Source of the DNA: Phycisphaeraceae bacterium
Lineage (GTDB): Bacteria > Planctomycetota > Phycisphaerae > Phycisphaerales > UBA1924
Direction of reading: 5' to 3'
NCBI GenBank assembly: GCA_019636675.1
Contig: JAHBXC010000001.1
Coordinates: 1,235,007-1,299,006 of the forward strand
Length of the DNA stretch: 64,000 nucleotides
Both the position numbers and the translations under genes were made by a program. Below are positions 18,693 to 26,304 of the stretch, piece after piece; the stretch's first letter is position 1; each line of letters opens with the position of its first letter. The notes below the pieces were generated by a model that ran no database searches, was not told where the DNA came from, and worked only from the letters and a program-made list of their open reading frames with translations.

Positions 18693-19468
18693 GCACCGGC
18701 GCAGCATCCATCGCTGAGTCGATTGCGCGAGCCCGTGACGCGCAGGGCATCGCCCTCGTCGCCTATCTGTGCGCCGGTCACCCCACGAAGGCCCGGTTCC
18801 GTGATCTGCTGCGCGAGGTCGCGTCGGAGGCGGATGTCGTCGAGGTGGGCGTGCCCTTCTCCGATCCGATGGCCGACGGCATGACGATCCAGGACGCCAG
18901 CCGCGTCGCGCTCGAGCAGGGGACATCGCTCGCGTGGATTCTTGACGAACTTCGCGCCATGAAGGGCGACCTCGGCGCGCCGGTCGTGCTGATGGGGTAC
19001 CTGAACCCGTTCGTGCGTTTCGGGATCGATCGCTTCGCGCTCGCCGCGAACGAGGCGGGCGTCGCGGGGCTGATCGTGCCCGATCTGCCCTTCGAGGAGA
19101 GCGCGAGCGTGCGCGCGGCCCTGGACGCCAAGGGCGTCGCGCTGGTGAACATGGTCACGCCGGTCACGCCGCCGGATCGCGCGCGCGATCTCGCGAGCAC
19201 GACGGGTGGGTTCCTCTACGCCGTCACCGTCACGGGCGTGACGGGCGGGACCGGGGGGAAGAACGCGGCGGGCGATCCCGTCGCGTACCTCCGCACGCTC
19301 CGTGGCGCCTCCGACGCGCCGGTGTGCGCGGGCTTCGGCATCCGCTCGAAGGCGCAGGTCGACGCGCTGCGCGGCGTGTGCGACGGCGCGGTCGTCGGCT
19401 CGGCGCTGATTGAGGCGATCACGCGGGGCGAAGACCCCGGCGCGTTCCTGCGCTCGCTGCGGGCGTAG
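18689..19468 (+). CDS. trpA: Tryptophan synthase alpha chain
   Basis: Family motifs are [22 protein letters not shown], and GFGI. It has an ATGA overlap with the trpB stop. Confidence 0.95.
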   Translation: MSTGAASIAESIARARDAQGIALVAYLCAGHPTKARFRDLLREVASEADVVEVGVPFSDPMADGMTIQDASRVALEQGTSLAWILDELRAMKGDLGAPVVLMGYLNPFVRFGIDRFALAANEAGVAGLIVPDLPFEESASVRAALDAKGVALVNMVTPVTPPDRARDLASTTGGFLYAVTVTGVTGGTGGKNAAGDPVAYLRTLRGASDAPVCAGFGIRSKAQVDALRGVCDGAVVGSALIEAITRGEDPGAFLRSLRA

Positions 19469-19471
19469 CGC

Positions 19472-21379
19472 TCACCGGACCGGCAGGACATCGCGGTACA
19501 CCCCGTGGCAGCGGGTGCAGGCGGCGGCGAGTCGCCCGTACTGCGCGCTGGCGGCGGGCGCGTTGTTCGCGTCGAGCGCGTCGCGCAGGAGCGATGCAAA
19601 GAGCGCCGCGTCGCGGAGTTCGTGGCGGTAGGCCTCGTCGTCGATGTCTGGCTTTGTCGCCGCGGCGAGCGCGCCGAGCTCGCTGGCGATGCGATCGGCG
19701 GCGTCTCGTGGGTCGTCGTGGTCGGCGCGTTCCCAGTCGCGACCTCGCGCCGGGACGAGCGAGCGCCACGCGCGATCGATCCGCGACATGGCGTTGGCGG
19801 TGTCGTTGGGCGATGCGTCGGCGAGGAGCATCGCCGGGTTGGTGAGGTCCGCGGCGGTCGCAGGCCTGGCGTCGCGGACGCTCGCGAAGAGCGCGCGGTT
19901 GGAGGGCGCCGCCCGGGCCTGGAGCATCATGGTGACCGCGTCGTTCGTGGATCGTTCGCCGAGGGTGATGAAGGCGAGAGCGACCGCCGCCGCGGCGCGG
20001 TCGCGCCCGGTCTCGCAGGTGACCAGCAGCGGGCGCGGCAGGTCTCTGACAGCGCGGGCGACGCGCAGGCGTGTCGGCTCGTCGACTCCCGAGTAGCGCA
20101 GCGGGACATGGGCGACGAGGATCGCGCGGCGCTCGGCCTCGCCCTCGTCGGGCGCCCACGCCTCGACGCTGAGCACGGATCGGACGCCCGCTTCCTCCAG
20201 CAGGTCGAGCGAGTGCGCGTCGTAGGGGGACCTCGCGACGAGCACCCCGGGCGCGAGCTCTCGCACTGCGCCGAATCCGGCGCGTTCGAGGGCCCCGGCG
20301 ACCGTCTCCGGCTCGTGCGTCACGAAGGCGACCGGCGACATCGCCGGCGTCGGGTCGGGCGCCGGCTCGCCGAACCACTTGGGCGCGAGCGTGAAGAGCA
20401 CGACGATGTAGCCAACGAGCACGACGAGGAGCGCGGCGCCCTCGGCCCGCGAGATGCGCGCGCCGGTCAGCATGATCGGCAGCAGCGCGATCGCGAGGAG
20501 GATCATGAGCGGGGCGTCGAGCCAGAGCACCTGCTCGTTCACCGCCGGGGGGCGGATGAGCGAGGTGACGCCCAGGATGCACGCGATGTTGAAGATATTC
20601 GATCCGAGGATGTTTCCGATCGCGATGTCGGACTGTTTACGGATCGCGGCGACGACGGAGGTCGCGAGTTCGGGCATGGAGGTCCCTCCCGCGATGATGG
20701 TGAGCGCGATGGCGAGCTCTGACACGCCCAGCGAGCGTGCGATGCTCGACGCCGAGTCGATCAGCAGCTTGGAGGAGCCGGTGAGGATGAGCAGGCCCAC
20801 GACGACGAGCCCGATGTTGAAGAGCGTGCTCTGGCGGAGGCGTTTCGCGGGCGGCGCATCGGGGGCGGGGCGGTCGGCGACGTGCGCGTCGGGCAGCGAG
20901 CTCGCGACCTCTTCGAAGGTGTTGGGGTCGCGCCTGCCGTAGATGTAGCCGCGGACCAGGTGGATCGCGAGCAGCGAGAGAAACACGACGCCCTCCCACC
21001 GGGAGACGATGCTGCCGGTGTAGGCGAACACCCACGCCAGCAGCGACAGCCCGATGACGACCCAGGCCTCGGCCTTGACGAGTTTGGTCTGCACCGGCGT
21101 GGGGCGGATCAGCGAGGCCACGCCGAGGATGAGGGCGATGTTGAGGATGTTGGAGCCGACCACGTTGCCGATGTTGATATCGGGTTTGTTCTTGAGGGCG
21201 GCGCCGATGCCGGCGGCCAGCTCGGGGGCGGAGGTCCCGAACCCGACGATCGTGAGCCCGACGAAGAACGAGGACACGCCCATGCGCAGGGCGAGGACGA
21301 CGGCGCCGCGGACGAGCGCTTCGGCCCCCAGCGTGAGGAGCACCAGCGAGACGACGAGCAGGAGCAGGTCGAGGAGCAA
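19472..21379 (-). CDS. CaCA-family cation/Ca2+ antiporter (YrbG-like) fused to a PTP-like CX5R domain and a cytochrome c'-like CXXCH domain
   Basis: Residues 1-335 form ~10 TM helices with the two alpha-repeats GTSAPELAAG...GNVVGSNILNI and GGTSMPELATS...GNILGSNIFNI. Residues ~345-480 resemble DUF442/dual-specificity-phosphatase-like domains, with a P-loop LLVTCETGRDR (C-X5-R). Residues ~520-635 are a helical domain ending AACTRCHGVYRD, a C-terminal CXXCH as in class II cytochromes c. Confidence 0.8.
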   Translation of the reverse strand: MLLDLLLLVVSLVLLTLGAEALVRGAVVLALRMGVSSFFVGLTIVGFGTSAPELAAGIGAALKNKPDINIGNVVGSNILNIALILGVASLIRPTPVQTKLVKAEAWVVIGLSLLAWVFAYTGSIVSRWEGVVFLSLLAIHLVRGYIYGRRDPNTFEEVASSLPDAHVADRPAPDAPPAKRLRQSTLFNIGLVVVGLLILTGSSKLLIDSASSIARSLGVSELAIALTIIAGGTSMPELATSVVAAIRKQSDIAIGNILGSNIFNIACILGVTSLIRPPAVNEQVLWLDAPLMILLAIALLPIMLTGARISRAEGAALLVVLVGYIVVLFTLAPKWFGEPAPDPTPAMSPVAFVTHEPETVAGALERAGFGAVRELAPGVLVARSPYDAHSLDLLEEAGVRSVLSVEAWAPDEGEAERRAILVAHVPLRYSGVDEPTRLRVARAVRDLPRPLLVTCETGRDRAAAAVALAFITLGERSTNDAVTMMLQARAAPSNRALFASVRDARPATAADLTNPAMLLADASPNDTANAMSRIDRAWRSLVPARGRDWERADHDDPRDAADRIASELGALAAATKPDIDDEAYRHELRDAALFASLLRDALDANNAPAASAQYGRLAAACTRCHGVYRDVLPVR

Positions 21380-21479
21380 GGGAGAGGTCCGATCCGGGAG
21401 TGTGAGCGTTGTGCGAAGTGGGTCCGGGGCATGGTATCGCGAAGGGCGACGGGGCGGTCTCGCGAACTACACTCCGGTC

Positions 21480-23006
21480 ATGTTCGCCCGGATCGCGTTG
21501 CTGACGGTGTTCGCGCTGCTCATCGGTGTGCCTCTGGCCCTGCGCCCGGAGCGGGTCGTCGAGCCCCAGAACGCCTCGCGCCTGATCGTGATCACCCCCC
21601 ATTCCGAGCAGATACGGTCGGAGTTCGGGCGAGCGTTCGCGCTGTGGCACCAGCGCGAGCACGGGGAGGCGGTGTATGTCGACTTCCGCGCGCCGGGGGG
21701 GACGGCGGAGATCCAGAACCTGCTGCGCGCCGAGTTCCGGGCCGCGGCCCGGACCGGGCGCGTCCGTCCGGACGGCTCGGCGGATCGCGGCGCGATGTCC
21801 TACGACCTGCTCTTCGGCGGCGGGTCGTACGAGCACGACCTGCTGCGTCGGGGCGTGGAGGTCGTGTTCCCGGGAGGCGCGCGCGCGACGCTCCCGATCA
21901 GCGAGCCCGCGGGGTTCAGCGACGAGCAGATGGTCGAGTGGTTCGGGGACAACATCATCGGGCCGGGCCCGATCTCGGACCCCGAGCAGTACTGGATCGG
22001 CTCGGCGCTCACGAGTTTCGGCATCGTCTTCAGCCGCGACCTGCTGCGCATGATGGACCTTCCCGATCCGACCGACTGGGAGGCCCTCACCGACCATCGC
22101 TACGCCGGGTGGCTGGCGATGACCGACCCGCGTCAGAGCGGGAGCGTGACGACGACCTACGACGCGATCCTCTCGCACTACGGGTGGGAGAAGGGCTGGC
22201 GCGTGCTGCGCGCGATGTGCGCCAACGCGCGCACCTTCGGCGACTCGTCGCAGAAGGCGCCGATCGAGGTCAGCATGGGCGAGGCGGCGGCGGGGCTGTC
22301 GATCGGCTTCTACGGTCGCTACCAGAGCCAGGCGGTGCTTCCCCCGGGTGCGCCGCTGGAATCGAGCCGCGTGGGGTTCATCGACCCGCCGGGCATGACC
22401 TACATCGACTCGGACCCGATCTCGATCATCCGCGGCGGGCCGAGCCCGGTGCTCGCGCGCCGGTTCATCGAGTTCGTGCTGACCGACGAGGGCCAGGCGC
22501 TGTGGCAGTTCCCCTCGCGCCGTCGCGCGGGAGAGTCGCCCGACGGTCTGGGCCCGGTCGAGCACGAACTGCGCCGGATGCCTGCGCGCCCTGATTTCTA
22601 CGACACGTATCGCGAGCGATTCGTCGACAGGGAGCTCTCCCCGTTCACGGTCGTGACGAAGACTCCCGTGAAGGGCTGGCGCAGCATGATCGCGCCGCTC
22701 ATGGCGTCGTCGTCGATCGACATCCACCACGAGCAGCGTGCGGCGTGGGACGCGATCGCGCGCGTGCGCGCCGCCGGGGCGCCCGAGTCTGTGATCGCGG
22801 CGATGGAAGACGAGTTCTTCGCAATGCCGATGCACGAGCTGCGCGACGGGACGCGCCTGCTGGTCAACGAGGAGAACTTCCGGCGCGTGCGCGACGACTG
22901 GCGCGATGCGGCGCGGGCCGCGGAACACTCCATCGTCTATACCGCGTTCTTCCGCGCGCAGTACCGGAAGGTGCGCGCGATGGCGGGCGAGGCGCTGGCG
23001 CAATGA
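21480..23006 (+). CDS. Extracellular solute-binding protein (Fe3+/AfuA-like family), no adjacent permease or ATPase
   Basis: The start is ATG 21480, with anchor MFARIALLTVFALLIGVPLAL. The SBP-like pattern is LIVITPHSEQIRSEF...W, then MTDPRQSGS, then FIEFVLTDEGQALW. The upstream part of the 650-aa track ORF is antisense to the CaCA gene. Confidence 0.7.
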   Translation: MFARIALLTVFALLIGVPLALRPERVVEPQNASRLIVITPHSEQIRSEFGRAFALWHQREHGEAVYVDFRAPGGTAEIQNLLRAEFRAAARTGRVRPDGSADRGAMSYDLLFGGGSYEHDLLRRGVEVVFPGGARATLPISEPAGFSDEQMVEWFGDNIIGPGPISDPEQYWIGSALTSFGIVFSRDLLRMMDLPDPTDWEALTDHRYAGWLAMTDPRQSGSVTTTYDAILSHYGWEKGWRVLRAMCANARTFGDSSQKAPIEVSMGEAAAGLSIGFYGRYQSQAVLPPGAPLESSRVGFIDPPGMTYIDSDPISIIRGGPSPVLARRFIEFVLTDEGQALWQFPSRRRAGESPDGLGPVEHELRRMPARPDFYDTYRERFVDRELSPFTVVTKTPVKGWRSMIAPLMASSSIDIHHEQRAAWDAIARVRAAGAPESVIAAMEDEFFAMPMHELRDGTRLLVNEENFRRVRDDWRDAARAAEHSIVYTAFFRAQYRKVRAMAGEALAQ

Positions 23007-23338
23007 GCGACGCCGGCAACGAACCGGCGCCTGTGCGTCTCGACCTGAAGACGGACGAGGGGCTGACCGTCGAGTGGGCGGACGGGGCGGTGTCGTTCTA
23101 CCCGATCGCGCATCTGCGGCGGATGTCGCCCAGCGCCGAGGCGCGCGAGACGCGCAAGCAGATCCAGAGCAACCCGCTGACGGTGCTGAAGCCGTCGTCG
23201 GGGGGCCCGCTGCGCGCCGTGTCGGCGGAGCTCGTGGGCAACTACGCGATCCGGATCGTCTTCAGCGACGGGCACAAGACGGGGATCTATTCGTGGGGGT
23301 ATCTGCGGAGCATCGATCCGGGAGGGCACGAGGCATGA
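23003..23338 (+). CDS. DUF971 family protein (gamma-butyrobetaine hydroxylase-like N-terminal domain)
   Basis: The DUF971 pattern is LTVEWADGAVSFYPIAHLRRMSPSAE...GNYAIRIVFSDGHKTGIYSWGYL. It has an ATGA overlap with the stop of the preceding gene. Confidence 0.75.
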   Translation: MSDAGNEPAPVRLDLKTDEGLTVEWADGAVSFYPIAHLRRMSPSAEARETRKQIQSNPLTVLKPSSGGPLRAVSAELVGNYAIRIVFSDGHKTGIYSWGYLRSIDPGGHEA

Positions 23339-23351
23339 GGCACGGAACCTT

Positions 23352-23433
23352 GGTGCCATCACACGAGCGCAGCGAGTGTGATGTGAACTGGCGCCAGCTC
23401 GCACTACACTCGCTGCGCTCGTGTAGTGGCACC
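23352..23433. repeat. Long inverted repeat (28-nt arms, one 2-nt mismatch) forming an extended hairpin between convergent genes
   Basis: The left arm is ggtgccatcacacgagcgcagcgagtgt (23352-23379). The right arm is acactcgctgcgctcgtgtagtggcacc (23406-23433). The loop contains a nested palindrome ctggcgccag. Confidence 0.9.
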
Positions 23434-23465
23434 GGGGATTGAGGAAAACCGGGGATTGAGGAAAC
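23432..23465. repeat. Tandem direct repeat, 2 x 17 nt
   Basis: The units ccggggattgaggaaaa and ccggggattgaggaaac directly abut the right arm of the hairpin. Confidence 0.95.
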
Positions 23466-23520
23466 ATGACCATCCGTGGCGCCCGCTGCGCGTGCACCAC
23501 GCCACCCCAGGTTTACTCGC

Positions 23521-25062
23521 TCACGCGAACTTGCAGACGTGCCAGTTCTTTTTGCCGCGGCGGAGGAGGATCACTTCTCCGTGCAGCAGGTGGTCGCGGG
23601 TGAGGCGGGTGTCCATCGCGGCCTTCGTCTCGCCGTTGACTGTCACGCCGCCGCCTTTGACGAACTCGCGCGCCTGGGACTTGCTCGAGGCGAGGCCGGT
23701 CTCGGCGAGGGCGTCGAGGATCGACCAGCCGTCGGCTTCGAGGATCGAGAAGGCGTGGTCGCTGCTGGGCGCCGCGGCGAAGACCTCGCGCAGCGTGGCG
23801 GCGTCGAGGTGGGCCACCTCGCCGGAGAACAGCGCCTCGGCGGCGGCGTTCGCGCGGGCGACGGCGTCTTTGCCGTGGACGAGTCCGGTCACGGAATCGG
23901 CCAGCGCGCGCTGCGCGACGCGTTTCTCGGGCGCCGCGCCGTGCGCAGCGACGAGGCGCTCGATGTCGGCCTTCGGCAGGAAGGTGAACATCTTGAGGAA
24001 GCGCTCGACATCGGCGTCGGCGGTGTTGAGCCAGAACTGGTGGAACGCGTAGGGCGAGGTGCGGTGGGCGCTCAGCCAGACCGCGCCGGCCTCGGACTTG
24101 CCGAACTTCCCGCCGTCGGACTTGGTGACAAGGGGGGCGGTGAAGGCGAAGGCGTTTTCAGAAAGCGACGAGTCCCGATGGGCTTCGATAGACAATTCTA
24201 ACTTCTGACTAATCAGCCACCGCTCAGTCTCATGATGAGACTGAGCGGGGTCACTCAGGGATACCCAATCAAGTCCAAGCTCTTGGCACTTGAGCCGTGT
24301 CTCATTCATGCTGAAGTGAAATTGTCTCGCAGTACCCGACATCTTCAGGCCAACGAGCACCCGTTCGATTGCCGCGATAATATTGTCAGCCTCGTTCGCT
24401 CTCTCGTTCCCGACTTTGCGAATCAGGTCGCTACCGCCAATGATGTTCCCCCACTGGTCACTCCCGCCGCACTGGACGGTGACGCCCATCTCGCGCGCGA
24501 GGTGGAGGAAGTCGTAGCTCTGGAGGATCTGGTAGGAGAACTCGGTGAACGAGATGCCCTGCTCGCGCGATTCGAGGCGTGACTTCACGGAGTCCTTCTG
24601 CATCATGACATTGACGCTGAAGTGCTTGCCGACCTCGCGCAGGACCCAGAGGAAGGACTTGTCCTTCCACCAGTCGAGGTTGTTCACGATGGTCACGGTG
24701 TCGCCGAGGATTCGCGTGAAGATCTCGCGCTGGCTGGCGATGTTGGCGTCGACCTGCGCGTCGGTCATCAGGGTGCGTTCGGCGGATTTGCCGGAGGGAT
24801 CGCCGATGCGTCCCGTGGCGCCGCCCATGAGGACGATGGGCGTGTGCCCGTGGCGCTGCACGTGGCGCAGGACGGTGATGGGGACAAGGTTGCCGATGGT
24901 GAGCGAGTCGGCGGTTGGATCGAAGCCGGCGTAGACCTTGCGCCCGCCGGTGGCGAAGTGCTCTTTCAGCGCGTTCTCATCGGTGGCCTGGTGGAGCAGG
25001 CCTCGCCAGCGGAGCTCGCTGAGCAGGTCGGGGAAGCCGGTTGTCTCGCTCGGGTGCGGCAT
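23521..25062 (-). CDS. tyrS: Tyrosine--tRNA ligase carrying an ~86-codon in-frame insertion
   Basis: Class I motifs are present: the HIGH-region GFDPTADSLTIGNL, then GGATGRIGDPSGK, GGSDQWGNI, and the KMSKS-type loop KFGKSE. The C-terminal S4-like domain is LSSKSQAREFVKGGGVTVNG. At 513 aa it is well above the usual ~400-430 aa. Confidence 0.95.
   Translation of the reverse strand: MPHPSETTGFPDLLSELRWRGLLHQATDENALKEHFATGGRKVYAGFDPTADSLTIGNLVPITVLRHVQRHGHTPIVLMGGATGRIGDPSGKSAERTLMTDAQVDANIASQREIFTRILGDTVTIVNNLDWWKDKSFLWVLREVGKHFSVNVMMQKDSVKSRLESREQGISFTEFSYQILQSYDFLHLAREMGVTVQCGGSDQWGNIIGGSDLIRKVGNERANEADNIIAAIERVLVGLKMSGTARQFHFSMNETRLKCQELGLDWVSLSDPAQSHHETERWLISQKLELSIEAHRDSSLSENAFAFTAPLVTKSDGGKFGKSEAGAVWLSAHRTSPYAFHQFWLNTADADVERFLKMFTFLPKADIERLVAAHGAAPEKRVAQRALADSVTGLVHGKDAVARANAAAEALFSGEVAHLDAATLREVFAAAPSSDHAFSILEADGWSILDALAETGLASSKSQAREFVKGGGVTVNGETKAAMDTRLTRDHLLHGEVILLRRGKKNWHVCKFA
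24154..24411 (-). mobile_element. Candidate in-frame palindromic insertion element inside tyrS (RPE-like)
   Basis: The 258-nt (86-codon) tract is ~52% G+C by hand count, against much higher GC in the flanks. It is open in the tyrS frame. It carries a 29-nt perfect palindrome. It also has imperfect subterminal inverted repeats: 24160-24172 agaaagcgacgag versus the reverse complement of 24391-24404, agagagcgaacgag. Confidence 0.4.
24220..24248. repeat. Perfect 14+14 nt inverted repeat with a 1-nt spacer inside the tyrS insertion
   Basis: The sequence is ccgctcagtctcat g atgagactgagcgg. Confidence 0.97.
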
Positions 25063-25143
25063 GGGGTTGAGGATAGGGTCGGGCGCGCCGCAACGCGTGC
25101 ACGCCGTGGCACGCCCTGCGGGCAGACCACGCCACCCCGTGTC

Positions 25144-26097
25144 TCAGTTGCCGCCGGGGCCGGGGAGTCGCCAGTCGCGGTCGTAGGCGAGGGGCGCCCA
25201 TCGGCGCATGTCGGTCATGTCGTCCCAGGTGAGGTTCTCGGCGTGGCCGTCGAGGTAGACGGTGACGGCCTGCTTCTTGGCGACGGGGAAGGCGCCGAAC
25301 CAGCCGGTCTGGGCGCTGACGCCTGCGCGGGTGGGCGTGCGGAACTGGAAGGCGCTCCAGGACTGCTGTGCCTGCGCGGTGTAGGGCGGCTCGACGTAGA
25401 AGTATCCGTCGCGGAAGCCCTCGGTCTGGATGTTGCTCGCGGCGCTGGTGAAGGCCATGAGCGACGCGGGGCGCGGTGCGCGGTCGAGCCGGGCGACGAA
25501 GAACTCGGGCCCGAAGGTGGCGATGTAGGGGTTGGGTCGGTTCGCGGGCTGCTCGTAGAACTCGCGCCGGCCGGCGATGTAGTAGCTGTTAAGCCCGAAG
25601 CCGGTGAAGACACTCGCGCGGTAGAGCGAGACATCGGCGCTGCCCAGGCGCTCGGCGCTGTTGACCTCGGCGAGGATGGCGCTGTCGCGGATGAGGGTTG
25701 GGAAGGAGAAGTCGAGGTAGGGTCCGAGACGCCAGATCCAGCGAGACGCGTCGACGCCCTCTGGCTCGGCGCCGCTGGGCAGAACGGACCGCGCGGCGCG
25801 GACGGCTTCGGGGAAACGGTTGCTGTTGATGTTGGCCGGGAGCAGGTAGTTCTTGTGGTCGGTCGCGAAGGCGATGTAGGCGGCGCCGGTCTGGCGCCCG
25901 TCGGCGGCTTCGGCGGCGAGCTTGGCGCTCTCACGCGTGGCGCTGAGGGTGGGGATGAGGATGCCGATGAGCAGCGCGATGATGCCGACGACGACGAGCA
26001 GCTCGAGGAGAGTGAAGGCGTCTCGGGCGCGGGTTGTGCCGCGGGTGTGCCGGCGGCGTCGTGCGGCGTGCATGGGGGTCATCGTTCCTGTGCGCAT
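25144..26097 (-). CDS. Prepilin-type N-terminal cleavage/methylation-domain protein, DUF1559-like
   Basis: The leader RARDAFTLLELLVVVGIIALLIGILIP is the class III signal pattern ([FT]TLxEL). The C-terminal YLDGHAENL resembles the conserved DG-H tail of planctomycete DUF1559 proteins. Confidence 0.8.
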   Translation of the reverse strand: MRTGTMTPMHAARRRRHTRGTTRARDAFTLLELLVVVGIIALLIGILIPTLSATRESAKLAAEAADGRQTGAAYIAFATDHKNYLLPANINSNRFPEAVRAARSVLPSGAEPEGVDASRWIWRLGPYLDFSFPTLIRDSAILAEVNSAERLGSADVSLYRASVFTGFGLNSYYIAGRREFYEQPANRPNPYIATFGPEFFVARLDRAPRPASLMAFTSAASNIQTEGFRDGYFYVEPPYTAQAQQSWSAFQFRTPTRAGVSAQTGWFGAFPVAKKQAVTVYLDGHAENLTWDDMTDMRRWAPLAYDRDWRLPGPGGN

Positions 26098-26243
26098 CGT
26101 CGTGTTCCAGACGAGGGTTCGGGAAATCGGCGTCGGGGCCGTCCCGCGGCTTGTTGAGACTGATTCTCAACGGTATCCTTCGGCGAAGCATTCGTCCTGC
26201 CAGACGCGAATGATTCTTGCCTGCCAGTCGGACTTTCTCGCCC

Positions 26244-26304
26244 GGAGAAGCGAGAAATCGTGTGGCTGGCTGCCAGACTTCCCGTGAGGGAGAAGCGAGA
26301 GATG
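26244..26304 (+). promoter_or_regulatory. Duplicated translation-initiation region (two SD-containing 12-mers, each followed by an in-frame start)
   Basis: ggagaagcgaga at 26244-26255 is followed by GTG 26260. The identical 12-mer at 26289-26300 is followed by ATG 26302. The two starts are 42 nt apart in the same frame. Confidence 0.5.

Noticed and set aside
16500-18926. 808-aa minus-strand ORF antisense to trpC/trpF/trpB/trpA.
   Set aside because: Its composition is an Arg/Ala/Pro-rich artefact. The opposite strand encodes unmistakable trp enzymes.
20637-23003. 788-aa minus-strand ORF, and the 5' extension of the 650-aa plus ORF starting at 21054.
   Set aside because: The minus ORF is antisense to the solute-binding protein gene and shares a strand with the CaCA gene in another frame. 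It has no motifs and a biased composition. The plus-ORF extension upstream of ATG 21480 is antisense to the CaCA N-terminus.
24154-24411. The possibility that the tyrS insertion is an intein or an intron.
   Set aside because: - At 86 codons it is too short for even mini-inteins.
- It lacks the N-terminal Cys/Ser and the C-terminal His-Asn plus Cys/Ser/Thr junction residues.
- It is in-frame and stop-free, which argues for translation rather than RNA splicing.
- No group I/II intron features were recognised.
24232-24582. 116-aa plus-strand ORF starting inside the tyrS insertion palindrome.
   Set aside because: More than half of it runs antisense through conserved tyrS core sequence. It has no SD and no recognisable family. 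It is recorded only as evidence that the insertion lacks stops in an antisense frame as well.
25063-25143. A T-box leader upstream of tyrS.
   Set aside because: Only ~80 nt separate tyrS from the upstream gene's stop. That is far too short for a T-box, and no T-box sequence was seen.
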